This document shows positions 39,543 to 48,980 of a stretch of DNA of 64,000 nt, piece after piece. The translations under genes and the position numbers were made by a program. The number at the start of each line of letters is the position of its first letter. Position 1 is the stretch's first letter. The notes under the pieces are model-generated. The model was given only the letters and a program-made list of their open reading frames with translations, was not told the DNA's origin and did not search any database. Source of the DNA: an uncultured bacterium (GTDB lineage Bacteria; SAR324; NAC60-12); the NCBI GenBank assembly GCA_965662235.1, contig CBFIGY010000005.1, forward strand, positions 46,019-110,018, read 5' to 3'.

Positions 39543-40466
39543 ATGAACCTGCGTGATCTGGAGTACTTGGTTGCCCTAGATGAGTTTCGGAACTTCCGGA
39601 AGGCGTCTGAAAAGTGTTTTGTCACTCAACCCACGCTCAGCGGGCAGCTCCGGAAACTGGAGGAGTACTTGGGGGTGCAGCTGGTGGAGCGGACACGCCG
39701 GAGCGTGAACCTGACTCCGGTGGGACAGGAAGTCGTGCGTCGCGCGCGCCTGATTCTGGCTGAAGCCGAACAGATTGAGGAGATTGCCCAGACCTTCAAC
39801 GACCCCCTACGGGGAAAGATTCGGCTGGGGCTGATTCCAACGGTGGCGCCCTACCTGCTGCCGGCCATCATGTCTGCCATCCGGGAGGCGTTGCCCAACC
39901 TGGAGCTGTTTCTGTTTGAGGAGCAGACCCACCGGCTGCTAGAGCGCCTCAAGTCGGTGGAGCTGGACGCTGTCATCCTGGCGCTGCCGGTGGACCTGAC
40001 GGGGTTGGAGGTGCTGGAACTTTATGATGAGGCATTCTGGTTGGCCATTCCGGAGGCACATCCTCTTGCCAAGCGAGGGCACGCGCAGATTCAGGACCTG
40101 CATCAGGAGACGATCCTCCTGCTTGAAGACGGACACTGCCTCCGGGATCAGGCCCTTGAGGTCTGTGCCCTTGCAGGCGCTTCAGAGAGTCAGGGATTCC
40201 AGGGGACCAGTCTGGAGACCCTCCGGCACATGGTGTCTGCCGGCATGGGCGTGACCCTGATGCCGGAACTGGCGGTGCACAAGCGTTCCACCAGTTCCTT
40301 GCCCATTCAGTACCTGCCGTTTGAGGCGCCTCCACCCACCCGCAAGATCGGGCTGCTCTTCCGGAAGTCGTCTCGCCGGACCCCCTGTTATCAGCAGATG
40401 GCTCAGGCCATTCAGCAGACCCTTGGCAACCCCACTAGTTCAGTAGGGTCGGTACGGCAAGGGTAA
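39543..40466 (+). CDS. oxyR: Hydrogen peroxide sensor, LysR family
   Basis: MNLRDLEYLVAL, GLIPTVAPYLLP, LEDGHCLRDQALEVC (both redox Cys), TSLETLR.MV. Confidence 0.93.
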   Translation: MNLRDLEYLVALDEFRNFRKASEKCFVTQPTLSGQLRKLEEYLGVQLVERTRRSVNLTPVGQEVVRRARLILAEAEQIEEIAQTFNDPLRGKIRLGLIPTVAPYLLPAIMSAIREALPNLELFLFEEQTHRLLERLKSVELDAVILALPVDLTGLEVLELYDEAFWLAIPEAHPLAKRGHAQIQDLHQETILLLEDGHCLRDQALEVCALAGASESQGFQGTSLETLRHMVSAGMGVTLMPELAVHKRSTSSLPIQYLPFEAPPPTRKIGLLFRKSSRRTPCYQQMAQAIQQTLGNPTSSVGSVRQG

Positions 40467-40818
40467 AGCAAGGGATCTCCGCGTCAAAGGTCTCTCCAGA
40501 AGCAGTTTGCATCTGGTAGGTTCCCTGCATGGTTCCCATCGGAGATTTCAGGTGCGAGCCACTGGTGTACTCATGTTCCTCTCCGGGCGCAAGGACCGGC
40601 TGTTCACCCACCACTCCTTCACCTTGCACTTCTGTCACCTCGCCGGTGCTGTCGGTGATGACCCAGTGCCGGCTGATGAGCTGCACGGTTTCGGCGCCCT
40701 TGTTGCGCAACCGGATGCGGTAGGCAAAGGTATATCGGTCTTCCTCCGGAACCGAATGCTCCTCTAGGTAAAATGACTCAACCGAGACCTCAAAGCCTCG
40801 AGTGGTTGCTGTTTCCAT
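40435..40818 (-). CDS. apaG: ApaG domain protein
   Basis: FAYRI...N, QLISRHWVITD, V.GEGVVGEQP, YTSG, GTMQGTY. Confidence 0.95.
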   Translation of the reverse strand: METATTRGFEVSVESFYLEEHSVPEEDRYTFAYRIRLRNKGAETVQLISRHWVITDSTGEVTEVQGEGVVGEQPVLAPGEEHEYTSGSHLKSPMGTMQGTYQMQTASGETFDAEIPCFTLAVPTLLN

Positions 40819-40968
40819 AAGAACCTAAGACCTTAAAACCGACTCCGTGGAGCCGAATGAACAAGTGGATTTTCAAGAAGGCGGGCCAGGGACTCAGGCA
40901 GTGCGATGCCACTTGCCCTTCTTGGAAGGGTAGCCTAACCTCATGGCTTTTTCAAAGCAGGATGCACC

Positions 40969-42090
40969 ATGCCGGATGATGCGGACCTCAAGCTGACTCT
41001 CTATCCGAACGCGACCCGCCCGCCTGCCCCTGAAGCAGAAGGCTCGACTCCGCGACGGATCCGGCAACAAGCCGCCGCCCAGTACTTTCAGACGGTGCAG
41101 CAGCGGCTGGGACGCATTCCCCTGCTCCGAGACGTGGTGCCCTGGGTGCAAGCGACCCTGGTGGACCTGCTGCTCGCCGGCAAAGGGCTTCCGAAGAATC
41201 CTGCCTGGGCGGTCTCCCTCCCGGGTCCCAACGGGGCGCGCTTGCCCTGCGAGGTGTTTGAAGAATCCGAGCCACAGGCCTGCACCCCGGAAGAGTACAA
41301 GCACCGCACCGTGCTGAAGCTCAAGCGGACCCTCCGGATCCTCAAGCAGCTGCGCAAGGCCTACCCGGATGCCGATGGGCTGGAGCAGCTAGAGGCGTTG
41401 CTGCAGGAAGTCGATCTGGAAAGCGAGGCCCATGACCTCGATGGCGACCTTCGGGAGGTCCTCACGTCATCCGCCTTCAGCGAGTACCTGGGCCTCAAGA
41501 CTCGCTTTCTTGAGGAGTGGAAGCAGGGGCAGCTGGAACAGCATGCCCAGACCAAAGAGGCTCTGCTCACCGAAGCCACGCTGCAGGAAACCGTGCATGC
41601 CCTGCAGCAGCAGGAGCCTCGACTGGCTGAGCATCCGGACATTTTGCTCTATGAGCACCAGGAGTTCTTCCGGATGTGCAACACCACCACGCATCCGCAG
41701 CTCAACACCACGTCCCTTGAGTTCTGGGAAACCGAGGAGCGGCGCGACCAGTTCACGCAGTTTCTGGAAACGCTCCGGGACCGTCTGGGGGTGCTGCAGC
41801 CCTTCCACATCCTCCGCTTTGAGCACTCCTTCACCTACCTCCTGGTGGGGACCTCTGACGAGGAGTTCCTGACCTCGCTACAGGAAAGCGAGGAGGCCAC
41901 GCACCACGCCAAGGTCATCCTCCGCCTCTCCGGACAGCAGTATCAGGAGCTCAAGGCCGATCCCGACACCCCGGGATACGCAGAGTGCCTCAAGCACGCG
42001 CTGCATCCGTTTGTGGTTCACCTCAACGAGCAGCTAGAATTAGAACTACCCGACGCCTTCGTGGCCTTTTTTGAAACCGGAACGAGTTGA
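40969..42090 (+). CDS. Hypothetical protein
   Basis: 373-aa ORF with host-like codon usage, 3 nt from obgE. No family recognised. Confidence 0.7.
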   Translation: MPDDADLKLTLYPNATRPPAPEAEGSTPRRIRQQAAAQYFQTVQQRLGRIPLLRDVVPWVQATLVDLLLAGKGLPKNPAWAVSLPGPNGARLPCEVFEESEPQACTPEEYKHRTVLKLKRTLRILKQLRKAYPDADGLEQLEALLQEVDLESEAHDLDGDLREVLTSSAFSEYLGLKTRFLEEWKQGQLEQHAQTKEALLTEATLQETVHALQQQEPRLAEHPDILLYEHQEFFRMCNTTTHPQLNTTSLEFWETEERRDQFTQFLETLRDRLGVLQPFHILRFEHSFTYLLVGTSDEEFLTSLQESEEATHHAKVILRLSGQQYQELKADPDTPGYAECLKHALHPFVVHLNEQLELELPDAFVAFFETGTS

Positions 42091-42093
42091 TGT

Positions 42094-43155
42094 GTGAAGT
42101 TTGTTGATTCCGTAAAGATTCAGGTCCGCTCCGGAAGCGGCGGCTCCGGCTGCACCGCCTTCCGTCGCGAAAAATTTGTGGCCATGGGGGGGCCAAATGG
42201 CGGAAACGGCGGCAAGGGCGGTGACGTGTACTTTGTGGGCGACCACAATCAGGCCACCCTGCTCGACCTCGCCTTTCAGCAGCACCAGCATGCCGGAAAC
42301 GGACAAGCCGGTGGCGGCAGCGACAAGCAGGGCCGCAACGGCGAAGACCTCTTCATCCCGGTCCCGCTGGGAACCGTTGTCAGAGATGAGGAAAATCAAG
42401 ATGAGGTGCTGCTGGAGGTCCTCGAACCGCGTCCGTACCGGTTTCTCGAAGGAGGCCGGGGTGGCCGCGGCAACGCCAGCTTCAAGACCTCCCGGAACCG
42501 TGCGCCAGACTTTCATCAGCCTGGAGAGGCCGGAGTCGAGATGTGGGTCCGGTTGGAGCTTAAGCTCATGGCCGATGTGGGCCTGGTGGGCTTTCCGAAT
42601 GCAGGAAAATCGACTCTGATCAGCTCCGTCTCCAAGGCCACTCCCAAGATTGCCGACTACCCCTTCACCACCCTTGTTCCGCAGCTTGGTGTCGTCAAAC
42701 ACGATGAGTTCGACCCCTTTGTGATTGCGGACATTCCCGGCATCATTGAAGGCGCCCATGAAGGCCGGGGTCTGGGAGACCGCTTCCTCCGGCACATTGA
42801 GCGAACCGCCATCCTGCTGCTGCTGCTTGACGTCTCCGGATTTTCAGAGCACCCCCCTCTGGAAGAGTACGAAATGCTGATCAATGAGTTGGGGCTCTAT
42901 GAATCATCCCTCCTGAACAAGCCCCGGGCCGTTGCCTTGACCAAGCTGGACAGCATCAGCGACGAGGCTGACGTGGCAGACGTAGAGGCCTCGCTCCAGG
43001 AGGCCGGTGAGTCGGTGTTCCGGATTTCGGCAGTGGCCGGTCAGGGACTGAACGACCTGCTCCGGTACCTGGCCAAGGTGGTCCATGACACCCGGCAGGA
43101 GCGCTGGGAACAGGAATCGGAGAATCCCCCGAACTACTCCATCTGGGAGGACTGA
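42094..43155 (+). CDS. obgE: GTPase ObgE/CgtA
   Basis: FVD, FRREKFV..GGP.GG.GG.GG, GFPNAGKST, PKIADYPFTTL.P, DIPGIIEGA, TKLD. Confidence 0.97.
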   Translation: MKFVDSVKIQVRSGSGGSGCTAFRREKFVAMGGPNGGNGGKGGDVYFVGDHNQATLLDLAFQQHQHAGNGQAGGGSDKQGRNGEDLFIPVPLGTVVRDEENQDEVLLEVLEPRPYRFLEGGRGGRGNASFKTSRNRAPDFHQPGEAGVEMWVRLELKLMADVGLVGFPNAGKSTLISSVSKATPKIADYPFTTLVPQLGVVKHDEFDPFVIADIPGIIEGAHEGRGLGDRFLRHIERTAILLLLLDVSGFSEHPPLEEYEMLINELGLYESSLLNKPRAVALTKLDSISDEADVADVEASLQEAGESVFRISAVAGQGLNDLLRYLAKVVHDTRQERWEQESENPPNYSIWED

Positions 43156-43157
43156 GC

Positions 43158-43475
43158 ATGAGCTGGAATCAGGAAACCGCCATTGCCTGGTGCCGGAAGC
43201 ATTCGCAGCAGCAGGTCCGCCTGCAAGCCACAGACGCCCGTCAGCTTCCGGTCCTGCAGGGGCAGCTGGAGGAAGTGCTGGAGCTCGACCTCTGCGGCTC
43301 CATTCTCACAGAAGCGGAAATCACTCTGGCCGCCCCCCTTGCGTCCGGACACGAACAGGCCTACCTGACGTTTCACACCTCCTTCCTGGGCATTCAGCTG
43401 CTCCAGTTTTCTGGCACTCCGGAGGCCCAGTCGTTTGAGCTTCCCTACACCGACCTGGACCTCGCTGCGCTTTGA
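43158..43475 (+). CDS. Hypothetical protein
   Basis: GGAGG RBS, 2 nt after the obgE stop. Confidence 0.65.
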   Translation: MSWNQETAIAWCRKHSQQQVRLQATDARQLPVLQGQLEEVLELDLCGSILTEAEITLAAPLASGHEQAYLTFHTSFLGIQLLQFSGTPEAQSFELPYTDLDLAAL

Positions 43476-43541
43476 CACCCGTCTTTTCCTGAGGCCACCT
43501 GAAACGTACCCCGCACGGCCGTTCGGCTTGAGCCCCAAGGG

Positions 43542-43942
43542 TTACGCCTCGGGCTCCTGATGGGAAAGAAGCTGCTCCGTCAGGTCCAAGAACCCTTCAA
43601 CGTCCTCGCAGCGAGCGTGAACCAATTCGGGATCTGGCTGAAAACCAACATCATAATCGGCCAGAGAGCGGTCATCTTGAAGGCGGCTGAGTCGTTTTCC
43701 CCAGATCACGTCCACTCGTCCGGAGGCCACGAAGTGCTCATGAAACTTCTGAAACGTGCCCCGGTGTGTTTTCGGCATCAAACGGTCCATGAGCAACAGG
43801 GCTCTGGCTGCATGAAAGGCGGCATAGTAAGCGCGCGACAGGGCATCACGGTCGTACCTTCCGGTAAGCAGGCGTGCTGCACCAACGCTTCTTGAGCCCG
43901 TTCTAGCTCCTGCTGGATGTCGAGCCTCCGGGCTTCTTTCAT
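43542..43942 (-). pseudogene. HEPN-domain protein (COG1895-like), frameshifted
   Basis: ATG at 43942 overlaps the MNT stop and reads MKEARRLDIQQELERAQEAL. The conserved SRAYYAAFHA, KTHRG and R..ADY motifs lie in another frame. The 401-nt span is not a multiple of 3. Confidence 0.75.
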
Positions 43943-44307
43943 AAGGGGACACCGTCTTCCGCCAGGCTTCTGGCAAAGGGAAGCTGGTGCTGCTGCAGGG
44001 TCTGCAGACGGCTGTGGGGCACCACATGAATGGAGAGCCGGAAGTGCAGGCGTTGGTTGATTTCGTAGCAGGCATCATGCATGGCATCATGACGGCGCCA
44101 GTCACTGGAGGTGCTGACGATCAGCACATCAATGTCAGACTCTTCATGCTGCTCCTGACGGGCAAAGGAGCCAAAGACCAGCATTTGCTCAATCTCTCCG
44201 GGAAACTGAATCATCAGCTGACGCTTGAGTTCCTGCAGCAGCACAGAGGGGGACTCGACCTCTAAAGACTGGAGTGCCTCTCCGGTAGAAGCGAGATCAG
44301 TTCGCAT
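43939..44307 (-). CDS. Minimal nucleotidyltransferase (MNT) antitoxin-like protein
   Basis: FGSFARQEQHEESDIDVL (GS-X10-DXD) and C-terminal EDGV.L. Confidence 0.88.
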   Translation of the reverse strand: MRTDLASTGEALQSLEVESPSVLLQELKRQLMIQFPGEIEQMLVFGSFARQEQHEESDIDVLIVSTSSDWRRHDAMHDACYEINQRLHFRLSIHVVPHSRLQTLQQHQLPFARSLAEDGVPL

Positions 44308-44595
44308 GGCTTTCCTGTGGTTATTTCAAGGTGCAACGGATCTGACACGAGGAACACGCTCAACGTCGTCTTGGCAACGGGCCATCTCCGCCTGCCCCTT
44401 AAGCACTTCCGCTTCCATCCGTGCTGCTGGAGGCAGCTCCCGGACGGCAACAGCGGTGATTTTCTGCCGATCATAGTTTTCCCGTGTGAGCAATCAAGAG
44501 AAAACCCGCCTGCCACTCAAGGCGCGCGCTTCCCGGCCAGAGGGACCTCCTGAGTTCGGAACCAAGGAGGCTCTGGCCCAGGAAATGGCTGTGCT

Positions 44596-44624
44596 TTGAC
44601 AATCGGCAGGGTTCTCACTATAGT
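44596..44624 (+). promoter_or_regulatory. Sigma-70 promoter of parE
   Basis: TTGACA-N17-TATAGT. Confidence 0.75.
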
Positions 44625-44675
44625 TCTAGCCACCCAAGTTGATTTCCCCCTTTGGACGCAAACGCACGGAAGCTG

Positions 44676-46484
44676 ATGCCGACCCAGAAAGTCACGTACG
44701 ACGAAAGTAAGATCCTCACCCTTTCCTCCCTCAACCACATCCGCCTCCGGCCCGGCATGTACATCGGACGGCTCGGCAGCGGCACGCACCCCAGCGATGG
44801 TATCTACATCCTGCTCAAGGAGGTCATTGACAACTCCATTGACGAGTTCATCATGGGGCACGGCAAGCGCATTGTCATTGACATCCGCGAGGGCGAGGTG
44901 CAGGTGCGAGACTACGGACGCGGCATTCCACAGGGAAAGCTGGTGGACTGCGTCTCGGTGATCAACACCGGGGCCAAGTACAACGACGAGGTCTTCCAGT
45001 TCAGTGTGGGCCTCAATGGCGTCGGCACCAAGGCCGTCAACGCCCTCTCCGCCTCCTTTGAAATCACCTCCTACCGAGAGGGCCAGGGCAAGACCGCCCG
45101 CTTCCAAGAGGGCGAACTCGTGGAAGAGAGCCCACTCTTCAAGACCTCTGAAAAAAACGGAACCTTCGTCCGCTTCACCCCAGACCTCCAGCTCTTCCCC
45201 AAGTACGCCTATGACCTCGGCACCGTCCGGAAGCAGCTCTGGAACTACGCCTACCTCAACCGAGGCCTGACCCTTTCGCTCAACGGGGAGAAGTTCAAGT
45301 CCGACAACGGTCTGCTGGACCTGCTCCGTGAAGAGGTGCAGGAGAGCAACCTCTATGAGGTCATTCACTGCGAGGGCGAGCGGTTTGAGTTTGCCCTCAC
45401 TCACACCGACCGTTACGGCGAGGAAAACTTCAGCTACGTCAACGGGCACTACACCAGTGACGGGGGGACGCACCTGAGCGCGTTCCGGGAAGGCATCCTC
45501 AAGGCGGTAAACCAGTACTTCAAGAGCAACTTTGACGGACCCGATGTCCGAGACGGCATGGTCACCGCGGTGGCTGTGAAGGTCCGGGAGCCCATGTTTG
45601 AGTCTCAGACCAAGAACAAGCTGGGCAACACCGACCTGCGTTCCACCCTGATGCCTGCCGTCCGAGACGCGTTTGTCGACTTTCTCTACAAGCACCCGGA
45701 CCGGGCGGAGGAGCTCAAGCGCAAGGTGCAGTCGAATGAACGCATCCGCAAGGAGCTGAGCAACGTCAAGAAGGCTGCCCGTGAAAACGCCCGGAAGACC
45801 GCCCTGACGATTCCCAACCTCAAGGACTGCAAGATCCACATGGGGCACAAGTCCGGACGGGGCGACGAGAGCACCCTTTTCATCACCGAGGGGCAGTCTG
45901 CCGGCGGGAGCATGATCAGCAGCCGTGACGTGGAAACTCAAGCGATCTTTTGCCTCAAGGGCAAGCCGCTCAACACCTGGGGACAGGGCATGGAGGCGGT
46001 CTACAAGAATCAGGAGCTGTACAACATCACCAAGGCCCTTGGCATTGAGGAGTCGCTGGAGGGCCTCCGGTACAACAAGATCATCCTGGCCACCGATGCT
46101 GATGTCGACGGTCTGCACATCCGGAACCTGCTGCTGACGTTCTTCCTCACCTACTTTGATGCACTGGTGCAGCGGGGACACGTGTACATCCTCGAAACCC
46201 CTCTCTTCCGGGTCCGGAACCAGAAGGAAACACGGTACTGCTACAACGAATCAGAAAAGGAGCAGGCGCAGAAGGCCCTCAAGCGGGGGAAGTTCTTGGA
46301 GGTGACACGCTTCAAGGGGCTGGGAGAGATCTCCCCTAAGGAGTTTGGGCAATTCATTGGTCACGACATGCGCGCCGTTCCGGTGGGACTGGAGCACACC
46401 CATGAGGTCCGGAACCTGCTGAACTTCTACATGGGCAGCAACACTGCCGAGCGCAAGCAATACATCATGGAACACCTCGTCTGA
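44676..46484 (+). CDS. parE: Type IIA topoisomerase subunit B (topoisomerase IV ParE-like)
   Basis: HIRLRPGMYIG, EVIDNSIDE, DYGRGIP, GLNGVG, GGTH, TOPRIM TEGQSAG/LKGK/TDADVDG, RFKGLGE. Short, about 600 aa. Confidence 0.88.
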   Translation: MPTQKVTYDESKILTLSSLNHIRLRPGMYIGRLGSGTHPSDGIYILLKEVIDNSIDEFIMGHGKRIVIDIREGEVQVRDYGRGIPQGKLVDCVSVINTGAKYNDEVFQFSVGLNGVGTKAVNALSASFEITSYREGQGKTARFQEGELVEESPLFKTSEKNGTFVRFTPDLQLFPKYAYDLGTVRKQLWNYAYLNRGLTLSLNGEKFKSDNGLLDLLREEVQESNLYEVIHCEGERFEFALTHTDRYGEENFSYVNGHYTSDGGTHLSAFREGILKAVNQYFKSNFDGPDVRDGMVTAVAVKVREPMFESQTKNKLGNTDLRSTLMPAVRDAFVDFLYKHPDRAEELKRKVQSNERIRKELSNVKKAARENARKTALTIPNLKDCKIHMGHKSGRGDESTLFITEGQSAGGSMISSRDVETQAIFCLKGKPLNTWGQGMEAVYKNQELYNITKALGIEESLEGLRYNKIILATDADVDGLHIRNLLLTFFLTYFDALVQRGHVYILETPLFRVRNQKETRYCYNESEKEQAQKALKRGKFLEVTRFKGLGEISPKEFGQFIGHDMRAVPVGLEHTHEVRNLLNFYMGSNTAERKQYIMEHLV

Positions 46485-46504
46485 GCCCACGCGGGCCCCA
46501 AGCC

Positions 46505-47392
46505 TCACCCCTTCACCGAGCCCTCTGAGAGTCCAGACACCAAGTAACGCTGAGCAATCAGAAACACCACGGTGATCGGCAGTCCGGACAGAATCGCCGC
46601 CGCCGCAAAATCCCCCCACAGATACTTGAACTCATTCAGGTACAGACGCGACCCCACGGCCAGGGTCAGGTTTTCCTCCGAACGGATCAGAATTGACGCC
46701 AGCGGGTAGTCGTTGATGACGCTGATGAAGACCAGCACAAACACAACGGCCAAAATCGGCACCGCCAGCGGCAGGAAGATGTACCAGAAGGTCTGCCACG
46801 GCGTGGCGCCATCAATGGCTGCGGCTTTGTCCAGCGACGAGTCAATGCGGTCAAAGTAGCCCTTGATGGTCCAGATGTGCATCATCACTCCGGAGAGGTA
46901 AACCAGCACCAACGAAAGGTGACTGTCTAGGCCAATCCAGTCCGACAGGTCGCCCATCGCATCAAAAATCGAGTAGAGCGCCACTAGGGCTAGGGTGGTG
47001 GGGAACATCTGCACAATGAAGAGCGCGTCCAGCAGCCCCGCTCGTCCCCGAAACGGGATGCGGCTGAAGGCATAGGCCGAGACCGTGGCAATCACAAGCA
47101 CCCCCGAAGCCGCAATCAGGCCGATCTTGACGGAGTTGAACATCCACAGCAGCACCGGATAGGGGGGCTGCACCACGGTTCCGTCCGCCCGCGTGTAGTC
47201 CCAGCCCAAGGCCAGGGCCCAGTGCTCTAGGGTGGGCTGTTCTGGAATGAGGGAGCCAATGGTGAAGTTTCCCTCCCGGAAGGAGATCGAGACCACCATC
47301 AGGAACGGAAAGAGGATCAGCGCTAGGAAGGTCAGCAGAAACCCGTGGGCCAGCACCTTCTTGATCAGCAGGGTGCGCGGACGTTCCACCAT
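46505..47392 (-). CDS. malG: Maltose/alpha-glucoside ABC permease
   Basis: GNF..GSLIP..PTLEHW.LALG, WTIKGYF, IDGATPWQ, WGDFAAAAILSGLPIT. Confidence 0.92.
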   Translation of the reverse strand: MVERPRTLLIKKVLAHGFLLTFLALILFPFLMVVSISFREGNFTIGSLIPEQPTLEHWALALGWDYTRADGTVVQPPYPVLLWMFNSVKIGLIAASGVLVIATVSAYAFSRIPFRGRAGLLDALFIVQMFPTTLALVALYSIFDAMGDLSDWIGLDSHLSLVLVYLSGVMMHIWTIKGYFDRIDSSLDKAAAIDGATPWQTFWYIFLPLAVPILAVVFVLVFISVINDYPLASILIRSEENLTLAVGSRLYLNEFKYLWGDFAAAAILSGLPITVVFLIAQRYLVSGLSEGSVKG

Positions 47393-48930
47393 CAGGGCGC
47401 TCCTGCAGACGTCGCCCGGCGCATGGCAACAAAGTTGGCGTAGGCAATCAGGGACACGATGATAAAGATCAGCAGGGTGATGGCGCCAGCAAGGCCAAAT
47501 TGCGTGCCACTGTCCATGAAGGCGATCCGGTAGGTAAACGACCCGAGGATGTCGGTCTCTCCTGCCGGAATGACGGTTCCAGGAATGTCAGGCAGCCCTC
47601 GGGTGAGCAGGAGGATCAGCACAATGTTGTTGAAGTTGAAGGCAAAGGACGCCAGCAGCAGCGGCAGAAACGGAGGCAGAATCTGCGGGAGAGTGATGGA
47701 AAAGAACACCCGGAAGGTCCCAGCGCCTTCCAACGCTGCCGCCTTGTAGTGATCCTGCGGAATCGACTGCAGGAACCCCATTGCCAGCAGCATCATGTAC
47801 GGATACCCCAGCCAGGTGTTGACCATCAGGATCATCGACCGGGCCAGGGTTTCATTGGTAAACCAGGCCGGCCGCAACTGAAACAGCGCCTCCAGGATTA
47901 GGTTGATCTCTCCGAAATTCTGATTGAAGAGCCCCCGGAACACCAAAATCGAGATGAAGGCCGGGACCGCATACGGCAAAATGAGGAGCACACGGTACGC
48001 CGTCTTGAACCGCAGGTGCGGCCACTGAAGGATCAACGCCAGCCCCAGCCCCAGCCCAAAGGTCAGCAGCACTGAAGCTGTGGCAAAAACAAGGGTCCAG
48101 GTAAAGATCTGCACCAGAGGCGCCCGGATGCCTTCCGACTGAAAGATGCGCAGGAAGTTTTCCAGTCCAATGAAGGTCCGCCATCCGGGAGTGACCTTCT
48201 CTCCGTCAGCCGTGCGGTAAAATCCGGTGCTGGGATCAGGCGTCAGGCGGGCTCCGGAGAGGCTCAGGAGGGTGCCATCTTCCTGAAGCTGATACTCGGG
48301 TTGCACCGATGCAAAGGTTCGCAGCCCGGACGCCCGTAGCTCCGTCTGGTCCGGAAGCACCACGGACGCCTCGGCCAACGCCTTCCTCAGCTTCACCACC
48401 TCCCTGAAGCTCAGCAGCGCTTCCGGAGCCTCGGTCACACGCTGAGCCAAGACCTGTTCCGGAGCCCCTTGCAGCGCCAGGGGTTCCGAAAGCAACCCCC
48501 CGCTTTCTTCAGGCAGAAACACCCGATACTGACCTTCCTCTGCAACCAGTCCAAAGGGACGCTCTGTCTCAGGAGCCACCGCCTTGGCGCTGAGCAGCAC
48601 TTCGGTGACACGCTCAAAGCTGAGGAGGTTGAAGGAACCGTAGTTCGTGAAGCCGAGGTAGATGGTGTAAAAGATGGGAAAGAGGACAAACAGCAGCATC
48701 GTGCTGATGCCCGGGAAGATGAAGCGGGCGAAGTAGAACCGCCGGAAGCCAAAAAGGAAGAGGAAACCTAGGGCAACCAAGAGCACACAGGCTCCGAAGA
48801 GCGCCTGTCCCACTAGGTAGACGCTCCAGGAAATGGCGAGCAGCCCCACAAAAACAAGGCCAACCAGTCCCCGCATCAGCCACGGGAGCAGGCCCGTCTG
48901 ACGAGGAGCAGCAGGAGAGGCAAGGGACAT
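47392..48930 (-). CDS. malF: Maltose/alpha-glucoside ABC permease
   Basis: FTNY...NLLSFER, large periplasmic loop, ILPYAVPAFISILVF.GLFNQ.FGEIN, WLGYPYMM. Confidence 0.92.
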   Translation of the reverse strand: MSLASPAAPRQTGLLPWLMRGLVGLVFVGLLAISWSVYLVGQALFGACVLLVALGFLFLFGFRRFYFARFIFPGISTMLLFVLFPIFYTIYLGFTNYGSFNLLSFERVTEVLLSAKAVAPETERPFGLVAEEGQYRVFLPEESGGLLSEPLALQGAPEQVLAQRVTEAPEALLSFREVVKLRKALAEASVVLPDQTELRASGLRTFASVQPEYQLQEDGTLLSLSGARLTPDPSTGFYRTADGEKVTPGWRTFIGLENFLRIFQSEGIRAPLVQIFTWTLVFATASVLLTFGLGLGLALILQWPHLRFKTAYRVLLILPYAVPAFISILVFRGLFNQNFGEINLILEALFQLRPAWFTNETLARSMILMVNTWLGYPYMMLLAMGFLQSIPQDHYKAAALEGAGTFRVFFSITLPQILPPFLPLLLASFAFNFNNIVLILLLTRGLPDIPGTVIPAGETDILGSFTYRIAFMDSGTQFGLAGAITLLIFIIVSLIAYANFVAMRRATSAGAP

Positions 48931-48945
48931 GGCGACTTCTGAGGC

Positions 48946-48969
48946 AAAAGAAGGGCCTAGAGGCCCTTC
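48946..48969 (-). terminator. Terminator-like hairpin between malE and malF
   Basis: GAAGGGCCT-AG-AGGCCCTTC, followed by TTTT on the minus strand. Confidence 0.55.
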
Positions 48970-48980
48970 AGCAGTGACGG

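Noticed and set aside
44328..44493. Short minus-strand frame with EVLKGQAEMAR, faintly SpoIID-like
   Set aside because: It is too short, has only a TTG start and the similarity is likely chance.
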